Part shown: positions 54,892-63,108 of the stretch, piece by piece
Position numbering within the stretch: the first letter of the stretch is position 1
Layout: each line of letters opens with the position of its first letter
Origin: a virus
Lineage: Duplodnaviria > Caudoviricetes
Direction: 5' to 3' (one strand)
Length of the DNA: 64,000 bases
Virus record (IMG/VR): IMGVR_UViG_2882447294_000001
Span: 587-64,586 of that record
Program-made: the position numbers and the translations under genes
The notes under the pieces: model-generated
Seen by the model: only the letters and a program-made list of their open reading frames with translations
What the model was told of the DNA's origin: nothing
Databases searched by the model: none

Positions 54892-57800
54892 GTGGCTGGC
54901 AAGTGGCAACAAGTCGTGCAGAGCGAGCGCTGGCAGGCACTCGACCCCGAGCAGCGCCAGGCCGTGCGAGGTGCGTTTTTTGATCGCCAGATCCGACCCC
55001 AGACGCCGGGCGATAAGCTCGAGGCCGTGCAAAGCGCTTTCTTTACCCGCACCGAGCCGGATGTCTTCGGCAAGAGTGATGAGGAAGGTGGTGGCGTCGG
55101 CGCCATGGATTACGTCAAGGAGCTTGGCGCCGGGCTAGAAGAGGGTACCGGTGCCGTCCTGCAGGGCGCCGGCGATCTTCTCGAGCAGGGTGGCAAATGG
55201 GTCGATCGTGGGCTGCGCGCTATCGGGCTCGGCGATGCGGTCGATGTTGGTGACCGGGCGCTGGGCGGTCGCAGCCCATCCGACGCCGTGCGCGGCGCCG
55301 GCGAGTGGTTCGACGAGGGCGGCGATACTCTTCGCGCCCGTCAATCCGAGGCCGCGACACAGGCACGTGAGGACAGCACGCCGACCGGCGATATCACCAA
55401 GCCTTCGACGTGGAGCATGGGCGAGGACCCGAGCCTCGCCGGTTATGGGCTCCAGGTCTCCAACCTGATCGGCCAGTTCGCACCGCAGGCCGCTGCACTG
55501 CTGGCGCCCGGCGGGCAGGCGCGCGCTGTCGGCATGGCCAGTGTTGGTGGGCTGCAGGCGGGAGGAGCCGCCGGCCAGGATGCCGAGCAGTACGTCATGC
55601 AGCAGAGTGACGAGGATCTGGCGAAGAATTCCGGCATGTATCGGGATCTCATCGACCAGGGTGTTGAGCCGGCAGAGGCAAAGCGCCAAACCGCAGTTGC
55701 CGCGCGCGGTGCCGCATTCGCCGGGGCTGCACCAGTGGGCGGTGCCGGTGGGGCGCTGACCCATTACATTCTGGGCCCGTTCCAGCGGGCCATCGGTGGC
55801 GGCGTCGGGCGTCGTCTGGGTTACGGTCTGGCAGTGGATGCGCCGGCGGAAGGCGCTCAGGAAGTCGCCGAAACCGTGGCAGGGCGCACGGCTCAGAATG
55901 AAGCCACTCAGGGCAACCGGGATACCACGCAAGGCACCTTCGGCGATGCTGCCCTCGGTGCTATCGCTGGTGGTGGTCATGCTTCTCTCGGCGCGGCGAT
56001 GGGCGAGACGTTGCCGCAACGCAACCGGATGCCGACACCCGACGATCTGGTGCGGGAACGCACACCGGAGGACATTGCCGAGGCTGAACAGCAATACCAG
56101 CGGGATCGCGACGACGAAGCACGCCAGTGGTTCGAGCGGCGCCGCGCCGACGAGCAGTCCCAGCAGGCGGCCCGGGAGCAATTCGGCGAAGACGGCGCAG
56201 CGGTTTGGCAGAACGCCGACAACGACCTGCCAGTCAGGGTTCGCGGCATCGAGCCGGAGCCGGACGAGGAAGGCCGGCAGTATGCCCGCGTCGAAGTCGA
56301 TGGCCAGGAAGGCTTTGTGCCCTTGGATGAGCTTCGTGCCACGGAATCAGACCCGGTCGAAGAATCAGCGGCAGAGCCCAACCCGGACAATCCGCGCCAG
56401 CCCCAACTCGGCATCGACAACGACATTCGCGTCGCCGAGCGGATCGGCGCCGACGAGGACGCCATCCGTCTGCGTAATGCCAAGTCACTGTTCCTCCGCG
56501 CTATGGAGCAGGACGCCGCCGGCAACAACGATGCAGGATCGCGCCTACGCGAGCGCGGGCTGAACATCTATCGCGACATCTACGGCGACCCTGAATCACC
56601 GATGCCGGAACGGCCGGCGTCATTCCCGGTGCCGTACGAATATGTCGGTGATGTCGAGGCAGGCGGGCAGCTTCCGGTTCAGGCCGCTCGTCAGGATCGA
56701 GGAGAAACCTATTCCGGCGAGCCCGATCCGGCGCTTGCCACCCCGGCACCGCAACTACGCCAGGGGGACCAGGCCACCGGCGACCCTCTGATCTACGGCC
56801 AAGGGCCAACCGTCCGTCGCGGCAATGCCAATACCGGCCTGGATCAGCCGTTCGAAGGTGCGCGCACGACCGACACCAGCGCCGAGCAGCGCAGTGATTA
56901 CGATCCAACTAAGCCTGTAGATACGCCGCGCCACCGCCGACGCATGGAGACGAGTGGTCGACGTGCCACCGCATATCTAGCTGATAACACGCCGGTACCG
57001 GTACGTTACCGCGTCATGGATCTGGACGAGCTGACGCCCTCAAATGATCCTGATGGTGCAGTGAACCCACTGTTCCCAACAGAGCTTCAACCCCGGGACC
57101 GAACCGGGAAGAACAGCCAGGTTCAAGTGCGCAATATCGCGGCACGCCTCAACCCCGAGCGTCTTGGCGAATCCACAGATGCAGGCAGCGGATCGCCGAT
57201 CGTGGGTCCTGATGGTGTAGTTGAATCCGGCAACGGCCGAACGATGGCCATCGCACAGGCATATCGCAGCGATAGTCCGCAGGCCAGGCGCTATCGTGAC
57301 TTCGTGCGTCAGCGCGCTCAGGACTTTGGTATCGACCCAGGCGTCGTTGCCGGGATGCGAAATCCCGTTCTCGTTCGTGAGCGCACAGGTAGTATCGACC
57401 GTGCCGAATTCGCCCGCCGTGCCAACGAAGCCGATGTCGCTGGCATGACACCGCATGAATTGGCAATCTCCGATGCTGATCGGCTCAGCGTTGACGACTT
57501 GGCGCAGTGGGCACCGGATGAGAGTGGCGATCCGCTTGCAGCGTCGAACCGTGCCTTTGCGCGCCGCTTCGCCCAGCGCATGGGGAACAACGAGGCCAGC
57601 CGCTATCGTGGCCGGGATGGCCAGCCGACGCCGGAACTCGGCGAGCGCATGATGCGTGCCGTATTCGCCAAAGGCTATGCAGACGACCAAGGGCGTCCGT
57701 CGACCGATATGGTTGAAATGGTCGCCGAGCCCCAGGGGCGGATGCGCAATCTGACAGTGGCACTGCAATCAGCCGCGCCTGATTTTGCCATTGCACGAGA

Positions 57801-60800
57801 ATATGGCGGCGAGCAAGCCCAGGCCATGGCTGATACCGTTGTCGATGCGGTACGCATTGTGCGTCAGGCGCGCTCTTCCGGTATCTCTGTGCGTGAGCTG
57901 GTGAGCCAAAATGATGCGTTCAGCCAGCCCGTGCCACATGACACGGCCATGTTGGCATCCTTCATTGCCAACAATGCCCGTAGCCGATCTGGATTGAATG
58001 AAGCGCTGTCGCTGATTGCCGCAGCGACCCGTAACCGTGCTGAAAGCAGTCGAAACGGCTCGCTATTCGGCGATCAAGTCAGCAACCAGGACATTCTCGA
58101 TGCAGCAACGCGACAAGATTCATCTACGCCGGATCCAGAACGATCCAGCAGTGACGGAGCTTTTGCGGGAGGGGATCGCGCAGGCACAGGCGAGACGCCC
58201 CGAGGGTCGGAAACTGATCGTGCCCGAGCACCTGAACAAACCCAAGAAGTAGACGATCCGCTTCTCACGACGTACACCGAGCAGGATATCGCCGACCGCG
58301 AGCGAGCCAATGCAGCGTCAGCGCAAGATGAGCAGCTCCAGCGCCAGGCGGAGGCGCAGCGCGCTCAGGCCGACCGTGACGCCGAGGGCTTCACGCTCAC
58401 AGGCAGCGATCGGAGTGCGGATGTAGCTGCCGCTCAAGGTCAGGATGATCTGCTCGATACACGGTACGCCATGCGTTCGAACGCCGGAGACGTGGCGCCA
58501 CCGACCGCCGAACAGGTCCGAGCCGCTTTGGACAGCCTGGGCGAGCGTCTTGGCGACTTCACCGTCGTGGATTCGGCGGCGGAACTCCCGCTCCTGAATC
58601 AGCTAATGATGGCTCGCGATAACGTCGATCCCGCCGATGTCCGTGGCATCTATAGCGGAGACCGCCTGTACATCGTGGCGTCCAACAATGACAACATTCA
58701 GCAGGCCGTAGCGACGGCCGTTCACGAGGCCGTCGGGCACAAGGGGATTCGTGGCGTTCTCGGCGACGAGATCGAGCCGGTGATGCGCCAACTCTACAAG
58801 TCGCTGCCATTCGACAAGCGCGGCCGTGAAGCGCTCGACGAGGTGCTGGCCGACTATCCGTTCCTGGATCGCAATAACCCAGACGACCAGGTGACCATCG
58901 CCGAAGAAATGGTCGCGCACCTGCTCGAGAAAGGATACAGGCCCAAGGCGTGGCAGCGCGCCGTGGCCAAGATCCGGGAATTGCTGCGGAGATTCTTCCC
59001 CAGCGTGGCCTGGACCTACTCGGACGTACTGGCGCTGGGAGAGCGATCCCGCGAGTATCTGCGTTCGCAGGCCAGCACCTCGGAACCCGGCCAGGGGCCG
59101 AACCGATACTCGCGCCGCGGCTGGCGCTCGGACTTTCCCGACGCGGCACTGGCGCACCCGCTGCGCTGGGCAACGCAGCATCCGGACTACGAGGCGGCCA
59201 AGGCCGGCGACGACCAGGCAGCGCTACGGCTGGCGCGCGATGCCGTCACGCCGGAGTTCGTTGAGCAGGTGCGACAGATGATCCCCACCGGTTCGCAGCC
59301 TCGCATCGTGCCGGTGGTGGCGCAGGAAAGCGCGGGCAGGAATCGGATTCCGGCAATGGCTGCCGAAGTTCTCGCAGCACGGCTGGGCCTTGGTACCGTC
59401 GATAACCTGACCCAGCGCGAGCGCGTATCGCGTACCGGTGCCAATGCGATGGATCGCCTGCAACGCCAGCCTACGTTCGACGGCGACGTGGATGGCGGCG
59501 ACTTCCTCTTGCTCGATGACACCTTGACCCAGGGCGGCACGCTGGCGCAGTTGAAGACGCATATCGAAGACCAGGGCGGGCGGGTGCTTGGCGTGGCGGC
59601 ATTGACCGGCAAGCAGTACTCGCGCAAAATTGCTGTCGACCCATCAACTCTGGATCAAGTCCGTGACCGATTCGGTTCTGTCGAAAACCAGTGGCGTGCA
59701 GCCTTCGGCTATGGCTTCGAAGGACTCACCCAATCGGAAGCCCGAACGCTCCTTACATTCGAGCGCGGACGTCTATCGCCTGACGAACTCCGAAATCGAA
59801 TCCCTGCGCTCCGAGATGCAAGCCTCAATGGCGTGGGCGAGGGAGCAGCTGGCGATCGATCCGGACCTGAAGCACCTCTAAGCGATCCCTCCCGCTACAG
59901 TCTGCGCCCCCAGCGTCAGCCCGTCGCTGATCAATTCGATGACCTGAGCCCTGAGCAACAGGCCTTCATGGCTAAGTTCGGCCCCAGTACGCCGACGCGC
60001 CGCGTCATGGAGTGGTGGAAGGATCTCAGCCACCGCGCCGGCCTGCGTATCCGGCAGGGCATGATCGATCAGTATGCCGCGCTCAAGGAACTCGACGAGA
60101 AACGCTTCGGCAAGGATGGTGCACTCAAGCAAAGCATCACCAGCTCCAGTTGGGTGCTGGCGCGCATGTCGAATGCCGCCAATGGCGCGCTGCACGCCAT
60201 GCTGCACAACGGTCGCATCTACCTCGATCCCGATCAGAAGGTGATCGACATTCGGGACGACGACTCCAAAGGGCTCGGCGCCGTGCTGGGTCGACTGGGC
60301 AGCCCGGCGGAGATCGAGCGCTTCATGATGTGGATCGCCGCCAATCGCTCCAGCAAGCTCAAGGATGAGGGCCGCGAGTTCCTTTTCAGCGACGGCGAGA
60401 TTCGTGCCGGCATGCAGCTCGACCAAGGACGCATGGCGGATGGCGGCAGTCGGGCCGAGCGCTACGCCGAGGTCTTCGACGAGTTCCAGCAGTATCGCGA
60501 CGACGTGCTGGCCATTGCGGAACGGGCGGGCGTGATCCGACCCGATCAGCGCGCGATGTGGCGCGACGAATTCTACGTGCCGTTCTACCGGCTCAAGGAC
60601 GACAAGGACGTTAACGTCCAGCTCGGCACCAGCGGGCTATCTCGACAGCAGGCCTACAAGCGCCTGAAGGGCGGTACGCAGAACATCAACGACTTGCTTC
60701 AGAACACGATGATGAACTTCCATCATCTGCTCGATGCCAGCCTGAAAAACCAGGCAGCGCAGCAGGCGATCGACAATGCCGAAGCGATGGGTATGGCGCG

Positions 60801-62586
60801 CCGCGTGCCGGAGAGCGGGCGCGATACTTCGAAGTCGACCTTCGTCATGAAGGACGGCGCCAAATCCTTCTACGAAATCGACGATCCGCTCGTGTTCCAG
60901 GCGCTTTCCGCCCTGGCGCACCCGGGCATGAACAACACGATCATGAAGGTGATGCGTGGTTTCAAGCGCGTCTTCACCAATCTGACGACGACCACCCCGC
61001 AGTTCATGGTCGCCAACCTGATTCGCGACAGCCTGCAGGCCGTGGCGACCAACGAAGTCAGCATGAATGTGTTCAAGAACGTCTACGATGGCACCGGTAC
61101 GCTGCGAGACCAGCGCAAGCGCGCCCGGATGCTGGCTGCCGGTGGTAGCTTCAACTTCGGCCACCTGTATAACAACAACCCCGACGAGCTACGCGCGCAA
61201 CTGACGCGCAACCTTCGCGATGCCAAGATCGTCGGTGTTCCCGGATCCCGGCTCAAAGGCTTTGCCGCGCCGGCGGCGCTGATCCGTGCAGGTTGGGCGA
61301 AGTGGGGCGACGTCACCGACTTTGCCGAGAACCTGAACCGAGCGGCGATATACGACCAGAATCAGGACCAGGGCAAGCTCAAGGCGGCATTCGAGGCTCG
61401 GGACCTGATCGACTTCAGCGCACGCGGCGCATGGCCGGCGGTGCGCATCCTGACCGACATCGTGCCGTTCCTGAACGCTCGCATCCAGGGGCTGGACAAG
61501 ATCTACCGCAGCGGTGTGAAGCCGGGCGCCAATGTGCTGGCCGCAGCCTTCGGCAAAGGCGAGGCCGGTGTTTCCGATCGTCAGGCGGCTGCCCGATTCT
61601 GGTCCGTCGCCGGCGCGCTCACACTGGCCACGGTCGCGCTCTATCTCCACAACCGCGACGACGAGGACTACCAGAAGCTCGAGGAGTGGCAGAAGGACAC
61701 ATACTGGTTCTTCAAGGTCGGCGATCAGGAATTCTTCATTCCCAAACCGTTCGAGGTGGGTGCCATCGCCACCATGGCCGAGCGCGTCACCCAGCAGTTC
61801 GTCGACGATGAGGCGACGGGGGCGTTGTTCGGCCAGCGCATGATGCACATGCTCACCGACACGTTCAGCTTCTCGCCAGTGCCGCAGATGATGCAGCCCG
61901 CGCTGGATGTTTACGCCAACCGGGATTCGTTCACCAATCGGCCGATCGAGGGCATGGGCGATGAGCGGCTTTCGCCACAACTCCGCAAACGCGATGACAG
62001 CTCTCTGGCGGCGCGTGGCGCCAGTTGGGTGCTGAATCACTCCGTTGGCGCCATCGGCGATCCCGAACTCAACCCGATGGCGCTGTCGCCGCTACAGATC
62101 GACTACCTGATCCAGGGCTATCTCGGCCAGGTTGGGTCATGGGCGATTGGATCGGCCGATGTCGCATGGCGAGTTTTCGACGGCAAGGACGAGCCGGCCA
62201 AGCATTGGTACGAATACCAGCCGATCCGTCGCTTCTATCGAAACCTGGGCGACGAGCCGCGATATACCCGCTATGGCACGGTCTTTTATGACGGATTGCG
62301 CGAGGCCGAACGTGCCTATGCCGACGTCAAGGAGCTGGGTGAGCTCGGACGGATCGAAGAGGCTCGAGAGTTGGCCAAGAACAAGGCCGATGTCTTGCGC
62401 CTGCGCAAGCCTTTGATGAAGGCTCAGCGCGACCTGGGCAAGATTCGAGCCCAGATGGACGCCATTCGCCGCTCGGACCTGGACGGAGACCTGAAACGCC
62501 AGCGCCTCGATCGACTCACGGCCGTGCGGAACCGGATCCAGCAGGTATTGGGTGAGAAGATTCTGGAGCAGCGCGCGGCGGAGTGA
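54892..62586 (+). CDS. Large polyvalent ejection protein: ddrB-like ParB, zincin-like peptidase, PRTase and LPD38-like domains
   Basis: 'LQPRDR..VESGNGR', 'HEAVGH..AEEMVAH', 'LLLDDTLTQGGT', 'IPKPFEVG..RPI'. Confidence 0.85.
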   Translation: MAGKWQQVVQSERWQALDPEQRQAVRGAFFDRQIRPQTPGDKLEAVQSAFFTRTEPDVFGKSDEEGGGVGAMDYVKELGAGLEEGTGAVLQGAGDLLEQGGKWVDRGLRAIGLGDAVDVGDRALGGRSPSDAVRGAGEWFDEGGDTLRARQSEAATQAREDSTPTGDITKPSTWSMGEDPSLAGYGLQVSNLIGQFAPQAAALLAPGGQARAVGMASVGGLQAGGAAGQDAEQYVMQQSDEDLAKNSGMYRDLIDQGVEPAEAKRQTAVAARGAAFAGAAPVGGAGGALTHYILGPFQRAIGGGVGRRLGYGLAVDAPAEGAQEVAETVAGRTAQNEATQGNRDTTQGTFGDAALGAIAGGGHASLGAAMGETLPQRNRMPTPDDLVRERTPEDIAEAEQQYQRDRDDEARQWFERRRADEQSQQAAREQFGEDGAAVWQNADNDLPVRVRGIEPEPDEEGRQYARVEVDGQEGFVPLDELRATESDPVEESAAEPNPDNPRQPQLGIDNDIRVAERIGADEDAIRLRNAKSLFLRAMEQDAAGNNDAGSRLRERGLNIYRDIYGDPESPMPERPASFPVPYEYVGDVEAGGQLPVQAARQDRGETYSGEPDPALATPAPQLRQGDQATGDPLIYGQGPTVRRGNANTGLDQPFEGARTTDTSAEQRSDYDPTKPVDTPRHRRRMETSGRRATAYLADNTPVPVRYRVMDLDELTPSNDPDGAVNPLFPTELQPRDRTGKNSQVQVRNIAARLNPERLGESTDAGSGSPIVGPDGVVESGNGRTMAIAQAYRSDSPQARRYRDFVRQRAQDFGIDPGVVAGMRNPVLVRERTGSIDRAEFARRANEADVAGMTPHELAISDADRLSVDDLAQWAPDESGDPLAASNRAFARRFAQRMGNNEASRYRGRDGQPTPELGERMMRAVFAKGYADDQGRPSTDMVEMVAEPQGRMRNLTVALQSAAPDFAIAREYGGEQAQAMADTVVDAVRIVRQARSSGISVRELVSQNDAFSQPVPHDTAMLASFIANNARSRSGLNEALSLIAAATRNRAESSRNGSLFGDQVSNQDILDAATRQDSSTPDPERSSSDGAFAGGDRAGTGETPRGSETDRARAPEQTQEVDDPLLTTYTEQDIADRERANAASAQDEQLQRQAEAQRAQADRDAEGFTLTGSDRSADVAAAQGQDDLLDTRYAMRSNAGDVAPPTAEQVRAALDSLGERLGDFTVVDSAAELPLLNQLMMARDNVDPADVRGIYSGDRLYIVASNNDNIQQAVATAVHEAVGHKGIRGVLGDEIEPVMRQLYKSLPFDKRGREALDEVLADYPFLDRNNPDDQVTIAEEMVAHLLEKGYRPKAWQRAVAKIRELLRRFFPSVAWTYSDVLALGERSREYLRSQASTSEPGQGPNRYSRRGWRSDFPDAALAHPLRWATQHPDYEAAKAGDDQAALRLARDAVTPEFVEQVRQMIPTGSQPRIVPVVAQESAGRNRIPAMAAEVLAARLGLGTVDNLTQRERVSRTGANAMDRLQRQPTFDGDVDGGDFLLLDDTLTQGGTLAQLKTHIEDQGGRVLGVAALTGKQYSRKIAVDPSTLDQVRDRFGSVENQWRAAFGYGFEGLTQSEARTLLTFERGRLSPDELRNRIPALRDASLNGVGEGAAGDRSGPEAPLSDPSRYSLRPQRQPVADQFDDLSPEQQAFMAKFGPSTPTRRVMEWWKDLSHRAGLRIRQGMIDQYAALKELDEKRFGKDGALKQSITSSSWVLARMSNAANGALHAMLHNGRIYLDPDQKVIDIRDDDSKGLGAVLGRLGSPAEIERFMMWIAANRSSKLKDEGREFLFSDGEIRAGMQLDQGRMADGGSRAERYAEVFDEFQQYRDDVLAIAERAGVIRPDQRAMWRDEFYVPFYRLKDDKDVNVQLGTSGLSRQQAYKRLKGGTQNINDLLQNTMMNFHHLLDASLKNQAAQQAIDNAEAMGMARRVPESGRDTSKSTFVMKDGAKSFYEIDDPLVFQALSALAHPGMNNTIMKVMRGFKRVFTNLTTTTPQFMVANLIRDSLQAVATNEVSMNVFKNVYDGTGTLRDQRKRARMLAAGGSFNFGHLYNNNPDELRAQLTRNLRDAKIVGVPGSRLKGFAAPAALIRAGWAKWGDVTDFAENLNRAAIYDQNQDQGKLKAAFEARDLIDFSARGAWPAVRILTDIVPFLNARIQGLDKIYRSGVKPGANVLAAAFGKGEAGVSDRQAAARFWSVAGALTLATVALYLHNRDDEDYQKLEEWQKDTYWFFKVGDQEFFIPKPFEVGAIATMAERVTQQFVDDEATGALFGQRMMHMLTDTFSFSPVPQMMQPALDVYANRDSFTNRPIEGMGDERLSPQLRKRDDSSLAARGASWVLNHSVGAIGDPELNPMALSPLQIDYLIQGYLGQVGSWAIGSADVAWRVFDGKDEPAKHWYEYQPIRRFYRNLGDEPRYTRYGTVFYDGLREAERAYADVKELGELGRIEEARELAKNKADVLRLRKPLMKAQRDLGKIRAQMDAIRRSDLDGDLKRQRLDRLTAVRNRIQQVLGEKILEQRAAE
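58100..58252 (+). CDS. Nested +1-frame 50-aa ORF after the ParB-like domain
   Basis: AGGA RBS; GC3 by hand about 36/49 in this frame versus 18/51 in the host frame. Confidence 0.6.
   Translation: MQQRDKIHLRRIQNDPAVTELLREGIAQAQARRPEGRKLIVPEHLNKPKK
59711..59881 (+). CDS. Nested +1-frame 56-aa ORF at the end of the PRTase domain
   Basis: GC3 by hand about 43/55 versus 25/57 in the host frame; amphipathic helix 'LTNSEIESLRSEMQASMAWAREQL'; RBS weak. Confidence 0.6.
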   Translation: MASKDSPNRKPERSLHSSADVYRLTNSEIESLRSEMQASMAWAREQLAIDPDLKHL

Positions 62587-62820
62587 TCAGCGTTTGACCT
62601 TGGTGGCAGCAATGCCGCCGAGGAACAGCGCGCCGAACATCAGCATCGGAACGTTGACGAGCAGGGCGACCAGGCACAGGAAACCGGGAATGCCGACGAA
62701 GCTGACGAGTAACCAGCCCTGGACGGACTGCCACTCCTTGGGGAAGCCGATCATGGCCAGCAGGCCTAGGATGGGTAGGCCAATGACCAGACCGAAGATG
62801 ATTTCGGGTTCGGGCGTCAT
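62587..62820 (-). CDS. Small membrane protein (moron)
   Basis: Two to three hydrophobic segments; convergent with the late operon. Confidence 0.65.
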   Translation of the reverse strand: MTPEPEIIFGLVIGLPILGLLAMIGFPKEWQSVQGWLLVSFVGIPGFLCLVALLVNVPMLMFGALFLGGIAATKVKR

Positions 62821-62867
62821 TTGCCTACAGTAGTTCGAAAGTAGGGAGACTGCGAGGGCCAAACAGT

Positions 62868-62893
62868 AAAAGGGCCGCGAGTGCGGCCCTTTT
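62868..62893. terminator. Bidirectional intrinsic terminator
   Basis: AAAAGGGCCGC-gagt-GCGGCCCTTTT. Confidence 0.8.
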
Positions 62894-62910
62894 GCAGAAG
62901 ATGGTGGGTT

Positions 62911-63108
62911 TTAACCCTTGCGCGATTTTTCGCGAAGAATTTTAGCGAGAGCCACCGACGCCTGCTTCTTCTGAGAAGGCTGAGTATCAGTAGGGTTACG
63001 CCTTGATGACGTGGAAAGATACCCCGAGCTACGGTAGAAACTTGGATCACGCGGGGTTGACGAATTTGAACACACCGAGCTGGTTGACGAGGAAAGGTTA
63101 GTCATCAT
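62911..63108 (-). CDS. Small Ser-rich basic ORF overlapping the stop of the proteasome-like gene
   Basis: ATGATGACTAA overlap; ends just before the terminator. Confidence 0.4.
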   Translation of the reverse strand: MMTNLSSSTSSVCSNSSTPRDPSFYRSSGYLSTSSRRNPTDTQPSQKKQASVALAKILREKSRKG

